This document shows positions 19,943 to 29,117 of a stretch of 32,000 nucleotides of DNA, in pieces. Source of the stretch: Mycobacterium tuberculosis H37Rv (GTDB lineage Bacteria; Actinomycetota; Actinomycetes; Mycobacteriales; Mycobacteriaceae); contig NC_000962.3 of assembly GCF_000195955.2 (NCBI RefSeq), positions 3,480,001-3,512,000 of the forward strand, given 5' to 3'. Position 1 is the first letter of the stretch, and each line of letters begins with the position of its first letter. A model generated the notes under the pieces. That model was given only the letters and a program-made list of their open reading frames with translations, searched no databases and was not told the DNA's origin. The translations under genes were made by a program, and so were the position numbers.

Positions 19943-20749
19943 CTACAAGTTGGCACTGCGTACCGTAAGTACGGCGCATCCGGGCTGGTATGCACCGCAC
20001 AATTCGTGCGCGGAGTGTGAGTCCGCGACGAACAGCTGACCCGGCTTTGCGTTGGCGGCCAGATGACGGCACGCACTGCCGCCGGCGATGGCCCGATCCA
20101 CCCGCACCTCGGGGTAGAGCCGGGTCCAGTGGGCGAGCCGACGGCTCAGGTGTACATGCGCCAACCGGCTGCCCTGTTCGACGTCATCGGGTGTTTCAGC
20201 AGCGTGGACAGCCACGGCCCGCAGCGGAACTCCGCGCAGCCTGGCCTCCTCGAATGCGTGCCGCAGCACCACACCATTGTCCACCTCCGCGACAACCGCG
20301 CTGACCTGGGAGGTTGTCGCTGGCTCGGCCGGCGACGGGTGAATCACCGCCACGGGGCATAAGGCCGACCCAGCCAGGGTCGCCGCGACCGAACCCCGGC
20401 GACCGCGGACATGATCAAGCCCCACCGAACCGACGCACAGCATCGCCGCGGACCTGGACTCCTGCATCAGCTTGGTGAGCGGCCTGCCGCACAGAACCTC
20501 CGTTTCGATCTTGACCGGTTGCCCGGTGGCCTCGACCTTCCGAGAGGCGTCGTGCAGCGCCGCTCGGGCCGCTGATTGCCCACCGCCCTCGCCGGCGGCG
20601 GACAGTTGGGACGGATCGATGACGTACACCAGTCGCAGCGGAATGTCTCGGTTCACCGCCTCATCGACCGCCCACAACGCCGCATGCGTTGCCGCCCTTG
20701 ACCCGTCGATACCAACGACCACTGCCCGAGCTGGCCGAGGATCGCTCAT
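19943..20749 (-). CDS. Tandem universal stress protein (Rv3134c-like)
   Basis: 268-aa ORF with two USP domains (VVGIDGS...; LCVGSVGLDHVRGRRGSVAATL). It is the first gene of the Rv3134c-devR-devS operon. Confidence 0.93.
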   Translation of the reverse strand: MSDPRPARAVVVGIDGSRAATHAALWAVDEAVNRDIPLRLVYVIDPSQLSAAGEGGGQSAARAALHDASRKVEATGQPVKIETEVLCGRPLTKLMQESRSAAMLCVGSVGLDHVRGRRGSVAATLAGSALCPVAVIHPSPAEPATTSQVSAVVAEVDNGVVLRHAFEEARLRGVPLRAVAVHAAETPDDVEQGSRLAHVHLSRRLAHWTRLYPEVRVDRAIAGGSACRHLAANAKPGQLFVADSHSAHELCGAYQPGCAVLTVRSANL

Positions 20750-20804
20750 CGCCGTCTCCTTCGCTGGGGCGGATACATCCCGTCGGTTCAGCGGTACGTT
20801 ACTG

Positions 20805-20862
20805 GCGGGGACCGCTATCTCCCAGGGGCGTTGGTCCCCACCTGAGGGCCGTTAGTCCTTAT
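20805..20862. promoter_or_regulatory. Cluster of three DosR-like boxes upstream of Rv3134c
   Basis: The boxes are 20805-20824 (GGGAC CGCT ATCTC, one strong half-site), 20822-20841 (GGGGC GTTG GTCCC) and 20843-20862 (GGGCC GTTA GTCCT). They lie 56-113 bp upstream of the start at 20749. Confidence 0.7.
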
Positions 20863-21333
20863 CGACCGATGACAGACGCAACCCGTCAGGGCGAGAATGA
20901 ATCTCACCTATCGCACGGGTGGCTCGTCCAGGTCCACAACCATCGCCCAGCTTTTCACAGCAAAGTCCCAGAAATGGCTTACAGTTGCCGACAGCTGCCG
21001 AACCAGCGGCCGTCCATCGGCTGCATATCGCTTGACCCACAGAATATTTGGGCATAGCCGCGCTGTGAGAGCGCATCTCGATGCGGCCGGCACGGCGTCG
21101 ATCAATCTCCGATCCGCCGTCAGTCGACTGCCATACAACCTGCCCGCCCAGTTGTACACTGGCCGCGGCACGAGTTGCCGCACTGGTCAACAAGTATCAG
21201 CCGGCCTGCGCCCGAGCGGAGCCCACTCGGAGCCGCTCGTGACCATGGGGGGAGCCACTGCCGTCTCCCGCATGCCCACACCGAGGTCCGAATTGGGCTG
21301 GGTGCGCAATCGACGTTAGGGGCCTGCGGAGTA

Positions 21334-21732
21334 ATGGACTACGCGTTCTTACCACCGGAGATCAACTCCGCGCGTATGTACAGCGGTCCCGGACCGAATT
21401 CAATGTTGGTTGCCGCGGCCAGCTGGGATGCGCTGGCCGCGGAGTTAGCATCCGCAGCAGAGAACTACGGCTCGGTGATTGCGCGTCTGACCGGTATGCA
21501 CTGGTGGGGCCCGGCGTCCACGTCGATGCTGGCCATGTCGGCTCCATACGTGGAATGGCTGGAGCGGACCGCCGCGCAGACCAAGCAGACCGCTACCCAA
21601 GCCAGAGCGGCGGCGGCGGCATTCGAGCAGGCTCATGCGATGACGGTGCCCCCAGCGTTGGTCACAGGCATCCGGGGTGCCATCGTCGTCGAAACGGCCA
21701 GTGCCAGCAACACCGCTGGCACTCCACCTTGA
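21334..21732 (+). CDS. PPE50: Truncated PPE family protein
   Basis: 132 aa from ATG 21334 ([20 protein letters not shown]...). PPE-domain similarity stops near residue ~105 (..AMTVPPALV), and the protein then ends in unrelated sequence. Confidence 0.8.
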   Translation: MDYAFLPPEINSARMYSGPGPNSMLVAAASWDALAAELASAAENYGSVIARLTGMHWWGPASTSMLAMSAPYVEWLERTAAQTKQTATQARAAAAAFEQAHAMTVPPALVTGIRGAIVVETASASNTAGTPP

Positions 21733-21793
21733 CCCATTCAGTTCTCGACCAGCACGACACCGTATCCGCACAAATGTAAGGAGCTGAGACACA

Positions 21794-22936
21794 ATGGATT
21801 TCGCACTGTTACCACCGGAAGTCAACTCCGCCCGGATGTACACCGGCCCTGGGGCAGGATCGCTGTTGGCTGCCGCGGGCGGCTGGGATTCGCTGGCCGC
21901 CGAGTTGGCCACCACAGCCGAGGCATATGGATCGGTGCTGTCCGGACTGGCCGCCTTGCATTGGCGTGGACCGGCAGCGGAATCGATGGCGGTGACGGCC
22001 GCTCCCTATATCGGTTGGCTGTACACGACCGCCGAAAAGACACAGCAAACAGCGATCCAAGCCAGGGCGGCAGCGCTGGCCTTCGAGCAAGCATACGCAA
22101 TGACCCTGCCGCCACCGGTGGTAGCGGCCAACCGGATACAGCTGCTAGCACTGATCGCGACGAACTTCTTCGGCCAGAACACTGCGGCGATCGCGGCCAC
22201 CGAGGCACAGTACGCCGAGATGTGGGCCCAGGACGCCGCCGCGATGTACGGTTACGCCACCGCCTCAGCGGCTGCGGCCCTGCTGACACCGTTCTCCCCG
22301 CCGCGGCAGACCACCAACCCGGCCGGCCTGACCGCTCAGGCCGCCGCGGTCAGCCAGGCCACCGACCCACTGTCGCTGCTGATTGAGACGGTGACCCAAG
22401 CGCTGCAAGCGCTGACGATTCCGAGCTTCATCCCTGAGGACTTCACCTTCCTTGACGCCATATTCGCTGGATATGCCACGGTAGGTGTGACGCAGGATGT
22501 CGAGTCCTTTGTTGCCGGGACCATCGGGGCCGAGAGCAACCTAGGCCTTTTGAACGTCGGCGACGAGAATCCCGCGGAGGTGACACCGGGCGACTTTGGG
22601 ATCGGCGAGTTGGTTTCCGCGACCAGTCCCGGCGGTGGGGTGTCTGCGTCGGGTGCCGGCGGTGCGGCGAGCGTCGGCAACACGGTGCTCGCGAGTGTCG
22701 GCCGGGCAAACTCGATTGGGCAACTATCGGTCCCACCGAGCTGGGCCGCGCCCTCGACGCGCCCTGTCTCGGCATTGTCGCCCGCCGGCCTGACCACACT
22801 CCCGGGGACCGACGTGGCCGAGCACGGGATGCCAGGTGTACCGGGGGTGCCAGTGGCAGCAGGGCGAGCCTCCGGCGTCCTACCTCGATACGGGGTTCGG
22901 CTCACGGTGATGGCCCACCCACCCGCGGCAGGGTAA
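21794..22936 (+). CDS. PPE51: PPE family protein
   Basis: 380-aa ORF (MDFALLPPEVNSARMYTGPG...) with AAGGAG upstream. Confidence 0.95.
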   Translation: MDFALLPPEVNSARMYTGPGAGSLLAAAGGWDSLAAELATTAEAYGSVLSGLAALHWRGPAAESMAVTAAPYIGWLYTTAEKTQQTAIQARAAALAFEQAYAMTLPPPVVAANRIQLLALIATNFFGQNTAAIAATEAQYAEMWAQDAAAMYGYATASAAAALLTPFSPPRQTTNPAGLTAQAAAVSQATDPLSLLIETVTQALQALTIPSFIPEDFTFLDAIFAGYATVGVTQDVESFVAGTIGAESNLGLLNVGDENPAEVTPGDFGIGELVSATSPGGGVSASGAGGAASVGNTVLASVGRANSIGQLSVPPSWAAPSTRPVSALSPAGLTTLPGTDVAEHGMPGVPGVPVAAGRASGVLPRYGVRLTVMAHPPAAG

Positions 22937-22944
22937 CCCGGCGC

Positions 22945-23277
22945 CTAACCGACAGGCGGCCCGTTGGGCGTAAACGTCCAATTGTCAGGATTCTTCGGCG
23001 AGTACACCACCGGAAGTATTTGACCGACGGTCGGCCACTGGTCGACGTCGACGGCCATGCGCTGATACACGGCGTACTCATTGACCGTGGGCCCAGTGAT
23101 GATCCCGGCGATGGTGACATACTGCTGGCCGCCTGCGTCCGGTCGCGGGCTGACTCCGGTCACCAGGAGCGTGCCGCTGGCCAGATCTCCCCGCGGGCCG
23201 CGCGGGATAAGCCGCGGAGCAAGAAATACCGCTAGGACCGCGATCAGTATGAGTAGCACGCCAAACTCCCATCCCAC
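22945..23277 (-). CDS. Small membrane-anchored conserved hypothetical protein (Rv3136A-like)
   Basis: 110-aa ORF with an N-terminal hydrophobic helix (WEFGVLLILIAVLAVFLAP). It is convergent with PPE51. Confidence 0.6.
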   Translation of the reverse strand: MGWEFGVLLILIAVLAVFLAPRLIPRGPRGDLASGTLLVTGVSPRPDAGGQQYVTIAGIITGPTVNEYAVYQRMAVDVDQWPTVGQILPVVYSPKNPDNWTFTPNGPPVG

Positions 23278-23315
23278 CCGGCCATGGTAGGACTGCTGGC
23301 ATGAGCCGTTATTAC

Positions 23316-23375
23316 GCCGAGCGTGAACTCAGTGCAAGAACGCACGCGAAAAATCGCACTGGGTACACGCTCGGC
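23316..23375. other. Nested inverted repeats (potential 60-nt stem-loop) in the Rv3136A/Rv3137 divergent region
   Basis: The outer 10-bp arms are GCCGAGCGTG (23316-23325) and CACGCTCGGC (23366-23375). The inner 6-bp arms are CAGTGC (23330-23335) and GCACTG (23356-23361). The structure ends 17 nt before the GTG at 23393. Confidence 0.5.
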
Positions 23376-23392
23376 GAAAGGATGGTGCACCA

Positions 23393-24175
23393 GTGAGCCA
23401 CGACGATCTAATGCTTGCGCTGGCTCTGGCCGACCGTGCGGACGAATTGACGCGGGTCCGGTTCGGGGCGCTCGATCTGCGCATCGACACCAAACCGGAT
23501 TTGACGCCGGTGACCGACGCCGATCGGGCGGTCGAATCCGACGTGCGCCAGACGCTGGGCCGCGACCGGCCCGGCGACGGCGTCTTGGGCGAGGAGTTCG
23601 GCGGATCAACGACCTTCACCGGACGGCAGTGGATCGTAGACCCGATCGACGGCACCAAAAACTTTGTGCGCGGGGTGCCGGTGTGGGCCAGTTTGATCGC
23701 GCTGCTTGAAGATGGCGTCCCGTCGGTCGGTGTGGTGAGTGCGCCGGCGCTGCAACGGCGGTGGTGGGCGGCACGCGGCCGGGGCGCGTTCGCATCCGTC
23801 GATGGTGCGCGTCCACACCGGCTGTCGGTTTCCTCTGTGGCAGAGCTGCATTCGGCGAGCTTGTCGTTTTCCAGTCTGTCCGGGTGGGCGCGGCCGGGTC
23901 TACGTGAACGCTTCATCGGGTTGACCGATACCGTGTGGCGCGTGCGTGCTTACGGCGACTTTCTGTCTTACTGCCTGGTGGCCGAGGGCGCCGTCGATAT
24001 TGCCGCCGAACCGCAAGTGTCGGTATGGGATCTGGCGGCACTGGACATCGTGGTGCGTGAGGCGGGCGGGCGGCTCACCAGCCTGGACGGCGTCGCCGGC
24101 CCACACGGGGGCAGCGCCGTTGCAACCAACGGTCTGTTGCACGACGAGGTGCTGACACGGCTCAACGCCGGGTAA
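23393..24175 (+). CDS. hisN: Inositol-monophosphatase-family phosphatase (Rv3137; reported histidinol-phosphate phosphatase)
   Basis: 260 aa from GTG 23393. It has IMPase motifs WIVDPIDGT and VWDLAAL. Confidence 0.88.
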   Translation: MSHDDLMLALALADRADELTRVRFGALDLRIDTKPDLTPVTDADRAVESDVRQTLGRDRPGDGVLGEEFGGSTTFTGRQWIVDPIDGTKNFVRGVPVWASLIALLEDGVPSVGVVSAPALQRRWWAARGRGAFASVDGARPHRLSVSSVAELHSASLSFSSLSGWARPGLRERFIGLTDTVWRVRAYGDFLSYCLVAEGAVDIAAEPQVSVWDLAALDIVVREAGGRLTSLDGVAGPHGGSAVATNGLLHDEVLTRLNAG

Positions 24176-24194
24176 CCTGGCGCTCGAGAGCGCC

Positions 24195-25283
24195 ATGAGC
24201 GACCCGTTCACCATCGCAACCAAACACTGGCACCGACTGCACGACAGCCGGATCCAGTGCGATGTATGTCCACGCGCATGCAAACTTCACGAGGGACAGC
24301 GTGGCCTGTGTTTCGTCCGCGGCCGATTTGACGATCAAGTGAAGCTCACCAGCTACGGACGCTCTAGCGGATTCTGTGTCGATCCGATCGAGAAAAAGCC
24401 GCTCAACCACTTCTTGCCAGGTTCGGCGACGCTGTCTTTCGGCACCGCCGGGTGCAACCTGGCGTGCAAGTTCTGCCAGAACTGGGATATCTCCAAGTCC
24501 CGCGAGATCGACGTCCTGGCCAGTCGGGCGGCCCCGGCCGACATCGCCCGGACCGCACACGAATTGGGTTGCCGCAGCGTGGCATTCACCTACAACGACC
24601 CAACGATCTTCTGGGAGTATGCCGCCGATGTAGCCGACGCCTGCCACGACCAGGGAATCAAAGCCGTCGCGGTGACGGCCGGGTACATGTGTCCTGAGCC
24701 CCGCGCGGAATTCTACCGGCGTGTCGACGCCGCCAACGTCGACCTAAAGGCATTCACCGAAGACTTTTATCGCAAGGTTTGCGTCAGTCACCTGCGCAAC
24801 GTCCTGGACACCCTGGCCTACCTGCGGCACCAGACGAATGTGTGGTTGGAGATCACCACCCTGCTGATTCCCGGACGTAACGACAGCGACGCGGAAGTCG
24901 CTGCCGAATGCAGATGGATCCGCGAAAACCTGGGCGTCGACGTGCCGGTGCATTTCACCGCGTTCCATCCCGACTACAAGATGATGGACACCCCGGCTAC
25001 ACCAACCGCCACATTGACCCGAGCCCGCGAGATCGGCATTGGCGAAGGCCTGCGCTTCGTCTACACCGGAAACGTTCACGATGCCGTGGGTGGCAGCACC
25101 TCGTGCCCAGGCTGCCGGGCAACGGTGATCGTTCGCGACTGGTATTCGATACGACATTACGCCCTCACCGAGGACGGCCGCTGCCAAGCATGCGGCTATC
25201 AGATGCCTGGCGTGTACGACGGACCGGCCGGACACTGGGGCCAGCGCCGGCTGCCCTTGCTGACCAGCTTGTCCCGGATGTGA
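24195..25283 (+). CDS. pflA: Radical SAM activating enzyme (PflA-like / AmmeMemoRadiSam-type)
   Basis: 362-aa ORF with the CxxxCxxC cluster motif CNLACKFCQNW. Confidence 0.9.
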   Translation: MSDPFTIATKHWHRLHDSRIQCDVCPRACKLHEGQRGLCFVRGRFDDQVKLTSYGRSSGFCVDPIEKKPLNHFLPGSATLSFGTAGCNLACKFCQNWDISKSREIDVLASRAAPADIARTAHELGCRSVAFTYNDPTIFWEYAADVADACHDQGIKAVAVTAGYMCPEPRAEFYRRVDAANVDLKAFTEDFYRKVCVSHLRNVLDTLAYLRHQTNVWLEITTLLIPGRNDSDAEVAAECRWIRENLGVDVPVHFTAFHPDYKMMDTPATPTATLTRAREIGIGEGLRFVYTGNVHDAVGGSTSCPGCRATVIVRDWYSIRHYALTEDGRCQACGYQMPGVYDGPAGHWGQRRLPLLTSLSRM

Positions 25284-25299
25284 ACAACTTAACAAGCAC

Positions 25300-25327
25300 C
25301 CCTATCTTACTCCGGAGTAAGATAGGG
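25300..25327. promoter_or_regulatory. Perfect 28-bp palindrome CCCTATCTTACTCC|GGAGTAAGATAGGG, candidate operator upstream of fadE24
   Basis: The 14-bp arms have no spacer and no mismatch. The palindrome lies 17 bp after the pflA stop and 36-63 bp before the fadE24 ATG. It overlaps a TANNNT -10-like hexamer (TAGGGT, 25323-25328). Confidence 0.6.
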
Positions 25328-25362
25328 TGGTCCGCTATCACCCCGATGACCGAGGCTGCCGT

Positions 25363-26769
25363 ATGACCAACACCACCTCTGCTGCAAATGCTGCAAAACC
25401 CTCCGGCGCACGCACCGATAGACGCGGCCGCACGACCGGTGTCGGCCTGGCGCCCCACAAACGGACCGGCATCGACGTCGCACTGGCGCTGCTAACCCCG
25501 ATTGTCGGCCAGGAGTTCCTGGACAAATACCGCCTGCGCGATCCGCTGAACCGATCACTGCGCTACGGCGTGAAGACGATGTTTGCCACTGCCGGCGCCG
25601 CCACCCGTCAGTTCCAGCGGGTGCAAGGCCTGCGGGGCGGACCGACCCGGCTGAAGTCCAGCGGCCGAGACTACTTCGATCTGACGCCCGATGACGACCA
25701 GAAGCTGATCATCGAGACCGTCGACGAATTCGCCGAAGAGGTACTGCGACCCGCCGCGCACGACGCCGACGACGCCGCGACCTACCCGTCCGACTTGACC
25801 GCCAAGGCCGCCGAGCTGGGCATTACCGCGATCAACATCCCCGAGGACTTCGACGGTATCGCCGAACACCGCTCCAGCGTCACCAACGTGCTGGTGGCTG
25901 AGGCACTGGCGTATGGCGACATGGGCCTGGCACTGCCGATCCTGGCGCCTGGCGGGGTGGCGTCCGCGCTCACCCATTGGGGCAGCGCCGATCAGCAGGC
26001 CACCTATCTCAAAGAGTTCGCCGGCGAGAACGTTCCGCAGGCCTGCGTGGCCATCACCGAACCGCAGCCACTATTCGATCCCACCCGGCTGAAGACCACC
26101 GCGGTGCGCACCCCGTCCGGTTACCGGCTCGACGGCGTGAAGTCGTTGATCCCGGCCGCCGCCGACGCCGAGCTGTTTATTGTCGGCGCGCAGCTGGGCG
26201 GCAAGCCCGCACTGTTCATTGTCGAGTCCGCGGCCAGCGGCCTGACCGTCAAGGCGGATCCGAGCATGGGGATTCGCGGCGCGGCGTTGGGCCAGGTCGA
26301 ACTCTGCGGGGTGTCGGTCCCGCTTAACGCCCGGCTGGGCGAGGACGAAGCCAGCGACAACGACTATTCCGAGGCGCTTGCGCTGGCCCGGTTGGGTTGG
26401 GCGGCGCTGGCGGTCGGTACCTCTCACGCCGTGCTCGACTACGTCGTCCCGTATGTGAAACAACGCCAGGCTTTCGGCGAGCCGATCGCTCATCGCCAAG
26501 CGGTGGCGTTCATGTGCGCCAACATCGCGATCGAGCTCGACGGCCTGCGCCTGATCACCTGGCGCGGGGCGTCCCGTGCCGAGCAGGGTCTGCCGTTCGC
26601 AAGGGAAGCGGCGCTAGCCAAGCGGCTTGGCTCCGACAAGGGCATGCAGATCGGCCTGGACGGGGTGCAACTGCTGGGCGGCCACGGCTACACCAAGGAG
26701 CATCCGGTTGAGCGCTGGTACCGCGACCTGCGAGCCATCGGCGTCGCCGAGGGCGTTGTTGTCATCTAG
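25363..26769 (+). CDS. fadE24: Acyl-CoA dehydrogenase
   Basis: 468 aa from ATG 25363 (the ORF opens at 25327). ACAD family similarity runs throughout. Confidence 0.93.
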   Translation: MTNTTSAANAAKPSGARTDRRGRTTGVGLAPHKRTGIDVALALLTPIVGQEFLDKYRLRDPLNRSLRYGVKTMFATAGAATRQFQRVQGLRGGPTRLKSSGRDYFDLTPDDDQKLIIETVDEFAEEVLRPAAHDADDAATYPSDLTAKAAELGITAINIPEDFDGIAEHRSSVTNVLVAEALAYGDMGLALPILAPGGVASALTHWGSADQQATYLKEFAGENVPQACVAITEPQPLFDPTRLKTTAVRTPSGYRLDGVKSLIPAAADAELFIVGAQLGGKPALFIVESAASGLTVKADPSMGIRGAALGQVELCGVSVPLNARLGEDEASDNDYSEALALARLGWAALAVGTSHAVLDYVVPYVKQRQAFGEPIAHRQAVAFMCANIAIELDGLRLITWRGASRAEQGLPFAREAALAKRLGSDKGMQIGLDGVQLLGGHGYTKEHPVERWYRDLRAIGVAEGVVVI

Positions 26770-26789
26770 AACGAGCTGAAAGATCAATC

Positions 26790-27995
26790 ATGGCAATAAA
26801 TCTGGAACTGCCGCGCAAGCTGCAGGCGATCATCGTCAAGACCCATCAGGGCGCTGCGGAGATGATGCGGCCGATAGCCCGCAAGTACGACCTGAAGGAA
26901 CATGCCTACCCGGTCGAACTCGACACCCTGATCAATTTGTTCGAGGGCGCCGCCGAATCGTTCAACTTTGCCGGAGCCCATTCGCTTCGCGACGAGGACG
27001 AAGGCAAGGACGAAAACCACAACGGTGCCAACATGGCCGCCGTGGTACAGACGATGGAGGCCAGCTGGGGCGACGTCGCGATGATGCTGTCGCTGCCCTA
27101 TCAGGGGCTGGGTAACGCAGCCATCTCCGCGGTAGCCACCGACGAGCAGCTGGAGCGGCTGGGCAAAGTGTGGGCAGCGATGGCCATCACCGAACCGGAA
27201 TTCGGATCGGACTCGGCGGCAGTGTCGACGACCGCCACCCTCGACGGCGACGAGTACGTGATCAACGGCGAGAAGATCTTTGTCACCGCCGGTTCCCGCG
27301 CCACCCACATCGTGGTCTGGGCCACGCTGGACAAATCCTTGGGCCGCCCGGCGATTAAGTCGTTCATCGTGCCCCGTGAGCATCCCGGCGTGACCGTCGA
27401 ACGACTTGAACACAAACTCGGCATCAAGGGTTCTGATACTGCGGTGATCCGGTTCGACAACGCCCGTATCCCCAAGGGCAACCTACTTGGGAACCCGGAA
27501 ATCGAGGTCGGCAAGGGCTTTGCCGGGGTGATGGAGACCTTCGACAACACCCGGCCGATTGTGGCCGCCATGGCCGTCGGGATCGGCCGTGCCGCACTGG
27601 AGGAAATCCGTAGTGTCCTCACCGGGGCCGGCGTGGAGATCTCCTACGACAAGCCCTCACACACCCAGAGCGCCGCGGCCGCCGAGTTCCTGCGGATGGA
27701 GGCCGACTGGGAGGCCAGCTACCTACTGTCCCTGCGCGCAGCCTGGCAGGCCGACAACAACATCCCCAACTCCAAAGAAGCCTCGATGAGCAAGGCCAAG
27801 GCGGGCCGGATGGCCAGCGACGTCACCTGCAAAACCGTCGAATTGGCAGGAACTACCGGGTATTCCGAGCAATCACTGCTGGAGAAGTGGGCCCGCGACT
27901 CCAAGATCCTGGACATCTTCGAGGGCACCCAGCAGATCCAGCAGCTGGTGGTCGCACGCCGACTGTTGGGCCTGTCGTCGTCCGAGCTCAAATAG
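26790..27995 (+). CDS. fadE23: Acyl-CoA dehydrogenase
   Basis: 401-aa ORF with the ACAD C-terminal motif IFEGTQQIQQ. It starts 20 nt after fadE24. Confidence 0.93.
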   Translation: MAINLELPRKLQAIIVKTHQGAAEMMRPIARKYDLKEHAYPVELDTLINLFEGAAESFNFAGAHSLRDEDEGKDENHNGANMAAVVQTMEASWGDVAMMLSLPYQGLGNAAISAVATDEQLERLGKVWAAMAITEPEFGSDSAAVSTTATLDGDEYVINGEKIFVTAGSRATHIVVWATLDKSLGRPAIKSFIVPREHPGVTVERLEHKLGIKGSDTAVIRFDNARIPKGNLLGNPEIEVGKGFAGVMETFDNTRPIVAAMAVGIGRAALEEIRSVLTGAGVEISYDKPSHTQSAAAAEFLRMEADWEASYLLSLRAAWQADNNIPNSKEASMSKAKAGRMASDVTCKTVELAGTTGYSEQSLLEKWARDSKILDIFEGTQQIQQLVVARRLLGLSSSELK

Positions 27996-28003
27996 CCTCG
28001 GCG

Positions 28004-28057
28004 AGCAGACGTCAAAGCCCCCGAATTTCAGTGAAATCGGGGGCTTTTGCGTCTGCT
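28004..28057 (+). terminator. Long GC-rich hairpin with a T-tract after fadE23 (intrinsic-terminator-like)
   Basis: AAAGCCCCCGA (28014-28024) pairs with TCGGGGGCTTT (28037-28047), followed by TTTTG. The outer arms AGCAGACG (28004-28011) and CGTCTGCT (28050-28057) extend the stem. Confidence 0.7.
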
Positions 28058-28094
28058 GGCGCCCGTCTGCACCCCCGCCAGTAGGCTGGTCGGC

Positions 28095-29066
28095 ATGCGC
28101 GCGGTACGGGTGACTCGGCTGGAGGGACCAGATGCGGTCGAGGTGGCCGAGGTCGAGGAACCCACGAGCGCCGGTGTGGTCATCGAGGTGCACGCTGCCG
28201 GCGTGGCCTTCCCGGACGCACTGCTAACCCGTGGCCGTTACCAGTACCGCCCGGAGCCGCCATTCGTGCTCGGCGCCGAGATCGCCGGAGTGGTTCGATC
28301 GGCGCCGGATAACAGCCAAGTGCGTTCCGGAGACAGGGTTGTCGGCCTCACGATGCTCACCGGCGGCATGGCCGAAGTCGCGGTATTGTCGCCCGAGCGC
28401 GTGTTCAAGCTGCCGGACAACATGACTTTCGAGGCGGGCGCGGGCGTGCTGTTCAACGACCTGACGGTGTACTTCGCGCTGGCGGTCCGGGGCCGGCTGC
28501 AGGCCGGTGAGACGGTGCTGGTGCACGGGGCGGCAGGCGGGATCGGCACATCGACGTTGCGACTAGCGCCGGCGCTCGGGGCGTCTCGCACCGTCGCGGT
28601 GGTCAGCACGCAGGAGAAGGCCGAGCTTGCGACAGTGGCCGGGGCGACAGATGTGGTGTTGGCCGAGGGGTTCAAGGACGCGGTACAGGAGCTGACGAAC
28701 GGCCGTGGTGTCGACATCGTCGTAGACCCGGTCGGCGGCGACCGGTTCACCGATTCGCTGCGCTCGCTTGCTGCGGGAGGACGGCTGTTGGTCATCGGCT
28801 TCACTGGCGGCGAGATTCCCACCGTGAAGGTAAACCGCCTTCTGCTCAACAACATTGACGTTGTCGGGGTAGGCTGGGGCGCCTGGTCGCTGACCCACCC
28901 CGATGCGCTGGCCCAGCAGTGGTCACAACTCGAGCGGCTGCTACGCTCGGGCAAGCTGCCTCCTCCCGAACCAGTGGTCTACCCACTGGACCAAGCCGCT
29001 GCGGCGATTGCATCGCTGGAGAATCGCACCGCCAAGGGGAAGGTCGTACTACGCGTGCGCGACTAA
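28095..29066 (+). CDS. fadB4: NADPH:quinone oxidoreductase / zeta-crystallin-type MDR dehydrogenase
   Basis: 323 aa from ATG 28095 (the ORF opens at 28047). The dinucleotide-binding motif is VHGAAGGIGTS. Confidence 0.9.
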   Translation: MRAVRVTRLEGPDAVEVAEVEEPTSAGVVIEVHAAGVAFPDALLTRGRYQYRPEPPFVLGAEIAGVVRSAPDNSQVRSGDRVVGLTMLTGGMAEVAVLSPERVFKLPDNMTFEAGAGVLFNDLTVYFALAVRGRLQAGETVLVHGAAGGIGTSTLRLAPALGASRTVAVVSTQEKAELATVAGATDVVLAEGFKDAVQELTNGRGVDIVVDPVGGDRFTDSLRSLAAGGRLLVIGFTGGEIPTVKVNRLLLNNIDVVGVGWGAWSLTHPDALAQQWSQLERLLRSGKLPPPEPVVYPLDQAAAAIASLENRTAKGKVVLRVRD

Positions 29067-29117
29067 CGCCCCTCCCGGGACGCGTCGCCGGCGTGCTCTG
29101 GCCAATTTGCCGCTTCC

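Noticed and set aside
20863-21333. About 470-bp gap between the DosR boxes and PPE50, containing ORFs of 91-140 aa on both strands
   Set aside because: None of the translations shows a motif I recognise and all look compositionally random. This is probably a long promoter/leader region for ppe50-ppe51. I could not support an RNA gene or riboswitch from sequence alone.
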